From contig DATIHO010000048.1 of NCBI GenBank assembly GCA_035480615.1, forward strand, positions 2,849-66,848: DNA of 64,000 bases. The letters run 5' to 3'. A program made the position numbers and the translations under genes. This stretch comes from Chlamydiales bacterium. GTDB taxonomy: Bacteria; Chlamydiota; Chlamydiia; Chlamydiales; SM23-39. The notes under the pieces were generated by a model. The model ran no database searches. It was not told the origin of the DNA and saw only the letters and a program-made list of their open reading frames with translations. Below, piece after piece: positions 16,411-24,421 of the stretch (the first letter of the stretch is position 1; every line of letters starts with the position of its first letter).

Positions 16411-18896
16411 TACGGAGGACAGGGCGTAGCGTTAGGGCAGGATTGAACGGGGTTGATCGTGCCTGAGGTGATAATGGTGCCTACATTCACGGTATCGACA
16501 TCGCATGGCGCCAAGTTGAAGACTCCGCCTCCCGGATTGGAGAGAAGAATATCGGTGCTGCTGTTATTGCCGGTAAACGTGAGGCAGGCTGCTGGGCTGG
16601 GCAAGGTTGATCCGATCGCTATCGCAAGTCCCGCATTGCCCGATAGCGTATTATTGGTAACAGAGCCGACAAGGGTTGTGAATTGTTCCATATCGAGGCC
16701 GGCCGATGCATTCGATGACAAGTTTGCGCAATTGCTCATCGTGTTGCCTGAAATATCCAATGTGAGAGAACCGATACCGGTAGGGGCATAGCTGAGGATC
16801 CCGGTCCCTTGGCATCTATTAATTTCGTTATTCAAGATGGTGAGATTCAGAGTAGCGAAGTCTTGGTTTATAGCGATTCCGTTTGATGAATTTCCAATGT
16901 CTGTAATGGCATTGTTGTTGATAGTGATAGTACCCGTTGTAGAATGGCCGGAGCTGATTATGGCGATTCCATTATCATTGCATCCCGTGATGCTATTGTC
17001 TGTTGCAAGGAGCGTCAAAGTATCGACTGGAGTCGCAAGGACCAGGCCAGAGCCTCCATTATCGGACATTGTATTCATAGATGCTGTGATTTCAAGAGCG
17101 GTCATTGCGCCGGAAGTATGCAGGTAAAGAGCATTCGATGTGTTTTCGGAAAGCGTGTTGCCGCTTAACACGATCGAACACTGATCAATCGTTCCGCTCG
17201 AAATGACCACAAAGCTCGATCCTAAACTACTTTGAGATCCCGTTCCGTTATCCGTTACCGTATTATTGAGAAATCCGATGTCAGCACCGACTACGCTGTC
17301 AAGGTTAAATCGGACGGTGCCTGTTATATTGCCGTTAAAGACATTCCTTTCAATTTGAGCGGAAAAGACGTTGCTGTCAGCTGCGATCTCCACAGGAACG
17401 CTGGAAACAGAAGTTTGCCCTTCAAATGTATTGTCCGAGCAGACGACAGTGGATGTCCCATTTAGAGTCAAAAAGACTCCGTTGACGTTATTCAAAAACT
17501 GGTTGTTCGTGACAGTTATGGAAGCATCGCCGGAAAAGGAAGCCTCGATTGCATAAGTACTTGTATCTTCAATTGTGCAAAAAGAGACATCCAGGCTTTG
17601 AACATCTGTTCCATAGAGGGCATCATTGATCGCAGATGTAATGATAAAGCCGCTTATGGAGTTATTGGCGGCTAGTGTGATTACGTTGCCATCTGTATCG
17701 ATATCGGTATTTGTAATGGTAGGGGAGGAGTTGCTTTGAGCAGGAATGGTGAAAGTCCCAAGGGATGTTTGTATGGAGTGGCTAACGCCTGAGCCCCAAA
17801 AATATTGGTTGTTTTGTAGCGCAATCCCCCCATCCATTCCGGTTGTCGTCCCATCGCCGGGAAATACGTAGATGATGTCGTTCATCCCGGAGTTCGCTTC
17901 AGCTAAAGCAAGCGTCGGATAGGGGCTTTCAAAAGTCCCGTTGGAGCTGCTTGTATTATTGACAAACTGAAAGAAATACGGCTCGCCGGTTGCAGGATCA
18001 ATCGCGGGTGTTTTTTGAGTCCTTTTTCCGACGACGATAATTTCATCTCTTCCTACAGGCTGGACCATTCGGGAGACGAGCGCATCCGCTAATTTGCAAG
18101 AATGACAGGCGTTTGTTGGTTTAACCCGCGATCTGCCTCCAAAAGGGAGGCTCAAGGTAAGCTGTCCCTGGAAATTGTTATGAAACATCCTGTCATATGA
18201 GTCGCTCACTTCGAGCGTGATGTATTCTTTGAACATCGCCGCTAAACGGGCTCTCCCTCCCCAGGTGTTGGGACCTATGGGACCTATGTAATAATAAGGG
18301 CCGGCTGCTGCATAAAAGTCAAAATTTTCCGTTTTACCGAAATGAAAACCGATCTCTGCATCGGCGCCTTTCATCGCGAATTGCCGCTTTTGGGAAAGGA
18401 GGAGATAATGACCTGAAAATCCATCAAAGCGCGTATCGTAGGGTGATGTACTCTTTTTCCCTACCGGCAAATACCCGTTCAGGCGGAAATCCCAAAGCTT
18501 CCCTAGCGTTTCAAGGCCAACTCCCACCTGATTGTAATGGAGCCTTTTCGTATTCCGGTAGTCATAATAGGCGTTCAGTCCAAATGTTCTGCACCCCGTG
18601 ATTCTTCTCAATCCAAGGCCCGCATTTGCTGCCATCTTTCCATTGTTAAAAATATGGCCGCGTACATCGAGAAATGGAATCATGCGCAATGGCTCTGGAT
18701 CGGGGGCAAAAAAGCCCTCGAGCGTCGTGTAGCCTTCGGAATATCCGACTCCACCTGTTTCTATATGCCGGACCGACACGCGGGCATGTCTTTTACCGTC
18801 CTGACAAATGTCTGAACCCGGCGGTTCCAACCCATCGCTAAACATTGCAATAGTCATAAAGCAAGCCAGAAAAATAGCACCAAAATGCAGCGACAT
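16410..18896 (-). CDS. Inverse autotransporter (type Ve, intimin/invasin-like N-terminal beta-barrel) with a parallel beta-helix passenger
   Basis: A signal peptide (MSLHFGAIFLACFMTIAMF) is followed by a ~250-aa region with alternating aromatic and Gly strands. That region (GLGLRRITG..FGLNAYYDYRNTKRLHYNQVGVGLETLGKLWDFRLNGYLP) resembles the intimin beta-domain. About 550 aa of NNxI(S/T)xN and G(T/S)G repeats follow, typical of PbH1 beta-helices. The protein ends in a Cys/Pro tail. Confidence 0.7.
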   Translation of the reverse strand: MSLHFGAIFLACFMTIAMFSDGLEPPGSDICQDGKRHARVSVRHIETGGVGYSEGYTTLEGFFAPDPEPLRMIPFLDVRGHIFNNGKMAANAGLGLRRITGCRTFGLNAYYDYRNTKRLHYNQVGVGLETLGKLWDFRLNGYLPVGKKSTSPYDTRFDGFSGHYLLLSQKRQFAMKGADAEIGFHFGKTENFDFYAAAGPYYYIGPIGPNTWGGRARLAAMFKEYITLEVSDSYDRMFHNNFQGQLTLSLPFGGRSRVKPTNACHSCKLADALVSRMVQPVGRDEIIVVGKRTQKTPAIDPATGEPYFFQFVNNTSSSNGTFESPYPTLALAEANSGMNDIIYVFPGDGTTTGMDGGIALQNNQYFWGSGVSHSIQTSLGTFTIPAQSNSSPTITNTDIDTDGNVITLAANNSISGFIITSAINDALYGTDVQSLDVSFCTIEDTSTYAIEASFSGDASITVTNNQFLNNVNGVFLTLNGTSTVVCSDNTFEGQTSVSSVPVEIAADSNVFSAQIERNVFNGNITGTVRFNLDSVVGADIGFLNNTVTDNGTGSQSSLGSSFVVISSGTIDQCSIVLSGNTLSENTSNALYLHTSGAMTALEITASMNTMSDNGGSGLVLATPVDTLTLLATDNSITGCNDNGIAIISSGHSTTGTITINNNAITDIGNSSNGIAINQDFATLNLTILNNEINRCQGTGILSYAPTGIGSLTLDISGNTMSNCANLSSNASAGLDMEQFTTLVGSVTNNTLSGNAGLAIAIGSTLPSPAACLTFTGNNSSTDILLSNPGGGVFNLAPCDVDTVNVGTIITSGTINPVQSCPNATPCPP

Positions 18897-18954
18897 AGGC
18901 GCCTTTAGTTTATACTAATTTTTTAAATGTCGTAAATAGTGAGTGTAATCTAAT

Positions 18955-19059
18955 AATCCAAGTTGCTAGTCGATCATCCTTAAACTTCGCCCAGGTTTCT
19001 GGGCCATCAAATTTTTTTGGTGGCGAAGTTTTAAGGATGATCGACTAGCAACTTGGATT
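18955..19059. repeat. ~105-bp hairpin (37-bp arms AATCCAAGTTGCTAGTCGATCATCCTTAAACTTCGCC, with one indel)
   Basis: The arms are at 18955-18991 and 19022-19059. The loop contains a small nested hairpin, cccag-gttt-ctggg. The element lies ~60 bp upstream of the adhesin start codon. Confidence 0.85.
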
Positions 19060-19471
19060 AATAATTTTCCCGGAAAGCCTAATTCTTGCTTTGCTTGACG
19101 CAGAGCTCGCGTTTCGCGTGGCAGTGTTTTTGGGTCGTTTGAAATAAGAAATAGGTCTTTCCCGCGTGTCTCATGCCTATGGGGCAACCTTAATCAATCG
19201 TTTTAGCTTCAGGAAATTTATAAGCACGAGGTGTGCTTTTTTCTGTGAATGAAAGCGCTGAGTGAAATTCTGCTTATAGTGTCTCTAAAATTGATTTCTA
19301 TTTCTCATCCTTTTGCATAAGGTCAATTATGATACAAGCTGTCCTTTCCTGAAATGACAGCTTTAACCCTAACTGGCTAATAATGAAAACGATAGTGATT
19401 TTTGTGAAATAATCCAGTCCAAAGTCGTAACGCAACAAGTATTAGAGTTTCTATGAAAAATAGGGGATCGG

Positions 19472-19743
19472 CTATACAACCCGAATTTCTAAAGTTTTTC
19501 CTAGAGCAGAGGTAGCAATCACAAGAGATTTGAGACTGCATGATTTTTTTGGGTCAAGGAGTCGATCTACCGCCGTCCTACTGGTTTTCATTTTTTTTGC
19601 AAATTGGGCTTCTTCTGCTTTTTGAGCTCTTTTTCAAACTGATAAGCCAGGACTCTTTTCACGGCCTCTGTATTGCATTCATCAAAAATGCCTTCTTCTT
19701 TGAGAAAATCATCTAAGCTAGACCCTCGGTGTTTATTTGCCAT
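19472..19743 (-). pseudogene. Frameshifted HTH antitoxin-like gene
   Basis: Manual reverse-strand translation gives MANKHRGSSLDDFLKEEGIFDECNTEAVKRVLAYQFEKELKKQKKPNLQKK*. After a 1-nt shift at an A8 run it continues MKTSRTAVDRLLDPKKSCSLKSLVIATSALGKTLEIRVV*. Joined, the two parts form a typical ~90-aa antitoxin. Confidence 0.6.
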
Positions 19744-19996
19744 GACCTTTTTTCTCCATTTTCGCTGCCATCTGCTTTATAAAAGACAACGGATATTGGA
19801 TTGTGCGGCGGTGTCATCATAGGTCCAATTGAATGAGAAATAGTACCATTTTCGGTGCATTTTATACAACTTGGTTATGAGAAATCCACCAGCTCACGCG
19901 CCAGTCGGAGCTGGTGCGATCGGTATGTGAGATTTAGAGAAGGAGACGTAAATTTTTTCGAGATCAGATTCTTTTGCAATTGAGATCATTTAATCT

Positions 19997-20299
19997 TTAA
20001 GTTAATCGCAAATTCAATCCAAGCGCGATCACCAAAGAAACAAGGGTATGCCACTTGGGATTGCCTGTACCTGAAAGAGTCTTATAAAGACTCTCTCGGC
20101 CGACATTCGCTTTCTTGGCTAAAGCCCCAATTCCACCTTGTGCTTCTGCAACATTTCGAAGAGCAATGAGAAAGAGTTGTTGAGATTCTTCATCCCCTTT
20201 AAGGCTCTCTTCTAAAGCGTCGTTTAAATAAGCAACAGCTTGATCGTGATCTTTTAATTTTTCAAGAAGCCATTCTTCATATTTTTTATTTTTTGCCAT
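19997..20299 (-). CDS. Addiction-module antidote protein, HigA family (HTH)
   Basis: LNDALEE...FLIALRNVAEAQGGIGALAKKANVGRESLYKTLSGTGNPKWHTLVSLVIALGL fits the HigA-type antidote pattern. It overlaps the upstream killer gene by 14 bp. Confidence 0.8.
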   Translation of the reverse strand: MAKNKKYEEWLLEKLKDHDQAVAYLNDALEESLKGDEESQQLFLIALRNVAEAQGGIGALAKKANVGRESLYKTLSGTGNPKWHTLVSLVIALGLNLRLT

Positions 20300-20657
20300 A
20301 TTTCTTCTCCCTGGATTGATATTCCTTTAGGTACTCCTTTGCCTTATCAATATCCCTAGATTGTGATCCTTTATCTCCTCCACACAAAAGCAATATCACC
20401 TTATTGCCTACTTTGGAGTAATAAATCCTGATTCCTGGGCCGTAATGAATTCGTAATTCAGCTATTTCGTTGCCAAGTGATTTACAATCTCCAAAGTTTC
20501 CCAGCTTAAGCCGGCCCAATCGTGTTAAAATTTTAGACCGTGTGTGCATTTCTCGAATGCTTTCAAACCAATCATCAAAAGGATTGCGCCCGGAAGGGGT
20601 CACGTAAAATTCAATCCCGATTTCCATATAGCATATATCGTATCTTTTAAGATACAT
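20286..20657 (-). CDS. Addiction-module killer protein (RelE/HigB superfamily, Gp49-like)
   Basis: IEFYVTPSGRNPFDDWFESI...LGRLKLGNFGDCKSLGNEIAELRIHYGPGIRIYY...VILLLCGGDKGSQSRDIDKAKEY. The true start is probably MEIGIEF at ~20627. Confidence 0.8.
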   Translation of the reverse strand: MYLKRYDICYMEIGIEFYVTPSGRNPFDDWFESIREMHTRSKILTRLGRLKLGNFGDCKSLGNEIAELRIHYGPGIRIYYSKVGNKVILLLCGGDKGSQSRDIDKAKEYLKEYQSREKKYGKK

Positions 20658-20879
20658 CTTTTCAATGGAATTTTAAGTTATTAATTTTGAGATAGTTGCG
20701 AATTTTACAAAAAAGCTTATCCAGTCAAAAGTTCGTAACGTAACCAATAACTGGAGATTTACTGGCAACCACAGTCAAATAGCAGGCTGATCCAACTTTT
20801 CGCATATTACTGCCTCAAAAACAAGAAAAGCGGCCAAAATAACTTCGAATTTATTACGATTGGTATTACAAAGCAATTA

Positions 20880-23159
20880 ATGCAGAGTCAGGATTCCAAA
20901 AAGGGCAATTTTTTATTAAATCTCTTCAAATGGCATCGAAAAAAAGCGACCGATGAGTCGATTGCCATTCATGAAAAAAAACTGCCCTCTACGATCATCG
21001 GAATCGCATTTGTCATTTTTATCGCTGTCTGTTTGTTTTTTTCGAACTCCGGATTTTTCTTTGCCTGGATGAACATCATCGAAGACAAAGCGTATGATTT
21101 GCAAGTGCGCCATACGTTTAAACCCTTAGCACAAAATCCATCGACAGTCATTGTAGCAATCGATGACCAAAGCATTGAGACAGAAGGGCGCCTTCCCTGG
21201 TCACGCAAAAAAATGGCGCTTCTTGTCGAAAACCTCAAAACGCTCGGCGCCAAAGTGGTTGCGTTGGATTTTATGTTTCCCCAATCGGAAGATAATATCG
21301 CCCAGGAAGTGATTGAAGATCTGAAACGAAAAAACAATCCCATCCCTCCTGAATTACAGAGCACGCTGGCAGATTTCGATTATGATGGAATCTTCGCAAA
21401 AGCCCTGAGCAATCAAGCTTCCGTCCTTGGGATGTATTTTGGCATGGGCAATCGATCGGTTGGCATATTGCCAGAGCCTTTGACCAAAATCACTTCGGAG
21501 ATGTCTCATGTGTATCTTCCACATAAAACCAATTACTTAGGAAATATTGAACTTTTACAAAATGCAGCCAAATATGGCGGATTTATCAATTCCACTCCCG
21601 ATTACGACGGCATTATCCGATTTGCCCCATTGATCTATCAATACAGCTCCGACCTTTATGGGTCTCTCGCCTTGGTAGCTGTCCGTCAATTTTTAAATGC
21701 TCAGCAGATCGAGCTCATTTCCAAACCTTATGCAAATCTTGATTTTTTAGAGAACATTACTCTGGATCGAAGGTCCATTCCGGTCGATCCTTATGGAAGA
21801 ATTCTGATCCCTTTTCGAGGAGCAATACCCACATTTCATCAAATCTCCGCAACCGATGTGCTCCATCTCAAAGTAAATCGCGATGCCATTGACGGCAAAC
21901 TAGTTTTCGTTGGAACAACGGCAACGGGCAGCGGCGATCTTTTTCCGGTAGCTGTATCTCCATCATTTTCAGCGATTGCAATTCACGCATCGATCGCACA
22001 GGGAATTATCGATAATTACCTCCCTTATCGCCCAACCTGGGGCAAAGGAGTTTCGGTCGCATTGATTTTGGGATTGGGAATCCCTCTTGCAGTATTTTTA
22101 GCTCGAATAGGCCCCCTGTCAAAAATTGCCTCCTCCTCATTGTGCATTGCGGCACTTCTCTTACTAGACCATTGGCTATGGGTTAATCAACAGATAGTGA
22201 TCTCGGTCTTTTTTCCTATTTTCGTGATTGTAATTCTTCTTTTATTCGATGTGGTCTATGGATATGTCATTAAATCAAAACAAAGCCAGGCAATTAAACA
22301 TATATTCGGTCAATACGTATCGAATGAATATATTGATTTGATGATGCAAAAGAAAAGCGAATTTGGCCTTTATGGAGAAAGCAAAGAGCTGACGATTCTC
22401 ATTTCCGATATCCGCAACTTTACATCTATTTCAGAGAAGATGAGCGCGTCGGAACTCAAGGCGTTTCTTAATTTCTATCTCTCCGAGATGACACAACTCA
22501 TTTTTGATACACGGGGAACCATCGATAAATACATCGGCGATGCGATTATGGGATTTTGGGGGGCTCCTCTTGAAGATGCCCAAACCTCGCTCCATGCCAT
22601 TCTTACAGCATCTGCAATGCATGAAAAACTCAAAGCAATCAATAAACAATTTGCGGACGAGGCCCGTCCCCCGATTCAAATCGGCATTGGCATCGCCACT
22701 GGAATTGTGTATGTGGGGGATATGGGATCAAAATTTCATCGTTCTTATACAGCCATTGGAGACGATGTCAACCTGGCTTCCCGATTGAGCGATCTCACAA
22801 AATATTATTCTGTCGAAACGATTGTGTCCGGCAGTGCAGAAGCTGCAACGCGAGACCGGTTTTTTTATCGAAAGCTGGATCGGGTCAAAGTAAAGGGGAA
22901 AAAATTATCCATTCCCATTTTCGAACTGGTTTGTCCAATTGAAAACGTGACCCCTTCGATCAAAGATGAGATAGAACGGCATCATGAAGCGCTCGATGCC
23001 TACTTGAAAGGAAACTTTGAACTGGCAAAAACAATTTGGGAACAGCTTTTTAATGCAAAAGAAAATAAAAATCTGTATGCCATGTATTTAGCGCGATGCA
23101 AAGAACCAAAACCTTCGGATCCAAATTGGGATGGCGTACAAACATTCGAGGTCAAGTAA
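20880..23159 (+). CDS. CHASE2 sensor domain-containing class III adenylate/guanylate cyclase
   Basis: An N-terminal TM segment is followed by a ~330-aa extracytoplasmic region and then three TM segments. The cyclase core follows (TILISDIRNFTSISEKM, YIGDAIMGFWGAP, IGIATGIVYVGDMGS, YTAIGDDVNLASRL). Confidence 0.85.
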   Translation: MQSQDSKKGNFLLNLFKWHRKKATDESIAIHEKKLPSTIIGIAFVIFIAVCLFFSNSGFFFAWMNIIEDKAYDLQVRHTFKPLAQNPSTVIVAIDDQSIETEGRLPWSRKKMALLVENLKTLGAKVVALDFMFPQSEDNIAQEVIEDLKRKNNPIPPELQSTLADFDYDGIFAKALSNQASVLGMYFGMGNRSVGILPEPLTKITSEMSHVYLPHKTNYLGNIELLQNAAKYGGFINSTPDYDGIIRFAPLIYQYSSDLYGSLALVAVRQFLNAQQIELISKPYANLDFLENITLDRRSIPVDPYGRILIPFRGAIPTFHQISATDVLHLKVNRDAIDGKLVFVGTTATGSGDLFPVAVSPSFSAIAIHASIAQGIIDNYLPYRPTWGKGVSVALILGLGIPLAVFLARIGPLSKIASSSLCIAALLLLDHWLWVNQQIVISVFFPIFVIVILLLFDVVYGYVIKSKQSQAIKHIFGQYVSNEYIDLMMQKKSEFGLYGESKELTILISDIRNFTSISEKMSASELKAFLNFYLSEMTQLIFDTRGTIDKYIGDAIMGFWGAPLEDAQTSLHAILTASAMHEKLKAINKQFADEARPPIQIGIGIATGIVYVGDMGSKFHRSYTAIGDDVNLASRLSDLTKYYSVETIVSGSAEAATRDRFFYRKLDRVKVKGKKLSIPIFELVCPIENVTPSIKDEIERHHEALDAYLKGNFELAKTIWEQLFNAKENKNLYAMYLARCKEPKPSDPNWDGVQTFEVK

Positions 23160-23752
23160 TTCTCTGGTTGGGCGTCTTAGCCATTTTTTCGCTTTTTAGC
23201 GCGGAGCAGGTGGCCAGCGTCACAAATATTAAAGGAGACGCCCAAGCAACCCGGACATTGCAACCTTCCCGAACACTCAAATTGGGCTCCGCGATCTATA
23301 TCGCAGACATGATTCTTGTCGGCCCCAATTCGGCTCTCCAAATCCAATATTTGGATGAAAGTATTTTAGAACTTGCCTCCAACACAAAATATCTCGTCAA
23401 AGAATACAAATATACGAAAGGCTCTGACCAAGACAGCAGCCACTCTCAACTCTTCTACGGGGGGATGCGGATGCTCAGCGGCAAGATTAAACCAAGCCCC
23501 GATCAATATGATATAGAAACACCGAACGCCACTTTGGGCCTTCTCGGCACTTTGATGGAAGCCAATTTCGAAGATGGAATACTGGCCGTAGGCTGCTCTC
23601 AAGGACGAGTGCAAATCACAAATAAGGGAGGGACCGTCGTCATTGGCGAAGGAATGGAGCAGTATGCGATCGTTACATCGTATCTACGGCGTCCGCGCAT
23701 TTATGTCTCGCCTCCTCCCATTTTGATCAGACCTAATATTCGACCGAAGTAA
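23096..23752 (+). CDS. FecR-domain protein (start uncertain, probably ~23168)
   Basis: A signal-like segment LGVLAIFSLFSAEQ is followed by a FecR-like block (IKGDAQATR...LKLGSAIYIADMILVGPNSALQIQYLDESILELASNTKYLV). The first ~24 codons of the listed ORF overlap the end of the cyclase gene and are probably not translated. Confidence 0.6.
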   Translation: MQRTKTFGSKLGWRTNIRGQVILWLGVLAIFSLFSAEQVASVTNIKGDAQATRTLQPSRTLKLGSAIYIADMILVGPNSALQIQYLDESILELASNTKYLVKEYKYTKGSDQDSSHSQLFYGGMRMLSGKIKPSPDQYDIETPNATLGLLGTLMEANFEDGILAVGCSQGRVQITNKGGTVVIGEGMEQYAIVTSYLRRPRIYVSPPPILIRPNIRPK

Positions 23753-23770
23753 TACCAATTTCGGACTCTT

Positions 23771-23935
23771 GTGCAGATAGCCAAAGGTAATGCTGTAACC
23801 ATCGTTCCTTTTCACGCGGAATTGACAACTCAAGAAGCGGCCGATTTTCTTAATATCTCGCGGCCTTTTCTGATTCAATTGCTTGAAAAAGAGAAAATGC
23901 CATTTAGAAAAGGGGGTTGTATTCTTCAATACTAG
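23771..23935 (+). pseudogene. Truncated excisionase-type HTH (MerR-like) antitoxin fragment
   Basis: Manual translation gives VQIAKGNAVTIVPFHAELTTQEAADFLNISRPFLIQLLEKEKMPFRKGGCILQY*. The HTH block ELTTQEAADFLNISRP...LLE..K.PF.K.G is intact, but the usual HRRI...DL tail is missing. Confidence 0.5.
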
Positions 23936-23970
23936 CCCCCTTTTCAAGAATCGATTTTCGGCGCTTTGAA

Positions 23971-24008
23971 CCCGCCTAAAGGCCGATTCTTGAATCATTT
24001 TGGGTATA
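23971..24008 (-). repeat. Hairpin module E (degenerate, inverted copy of modules A and B)
   Basis: The reverse complement reads tatacccaaaatgattcaagaatcggcctttaggcggg. Module A reads tatacccgaagtgattcaaaagttggcctttgggtata. Confidence 0.7.
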
Positions 24009-24180
24009 AGAGGGTGTCTACAAAGTGAGGCTTCGTCGATTTTTGGGATTATTTTGGCCGATTTTCGATTCAAATTGTGGGGGTCATATACGAAAGTTGA
24101 TATTACCCCCACAATTTGAATCGAAAACCGGCTCAAAAGAACCCAAAAATCGACAGAAGCTCACATTGTAGACACTCTCT
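24009..24180. repeat. Long imperfect palindrome P2 (~172 bp)
   Basis: The left arm is agagggtgtctacaaagtgaggcttcgtcgatttttgggattattttggccgattttcgattcaaattgtggggg. The right arm is its imperfect reverse complement and ends ...ttgtagacactctct. Confidence 0.85.
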
Positions 24181-24421
24181 AAGTGGGTTGGGACTACCTG
24201 GCCGGCGTCTAGCCTCAAGGATTAGCTTGGGGCTTTTCTCTATTATGGATGGATCTATGAGCAAAAAGACATCACATACTCTGCATTTTTGAGGTTTAAA
24301 TTCTCCTTGACTTTGCCTTCCTCTTTTTCCTATGCTATTTGGCGTGAAACAGCTATATCTCACCAAATTTATTTCTTCCTTTTTGCTGGCCATTGCGGCC
24401 CTGGATACAAAAGACACATTT

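Noticed and set aside
18966-19187. 73-aa - strand ORF upstream of the adhesin gene
   Set aside because: Half of it is encoded by one arm of the 105-bp hairpin and no family was recognised. It is likely non-coding.
19744-19990. Toxin gene upstream of the frameshifted antitoxin
   Set aside because: Only short broken frames are present (for example MISIAKESDLEKIYVSFSKSHIPIAPAPTGA*). I could not assign a toxin family, so no feature was called. It is mentioned only as degraded DNA.
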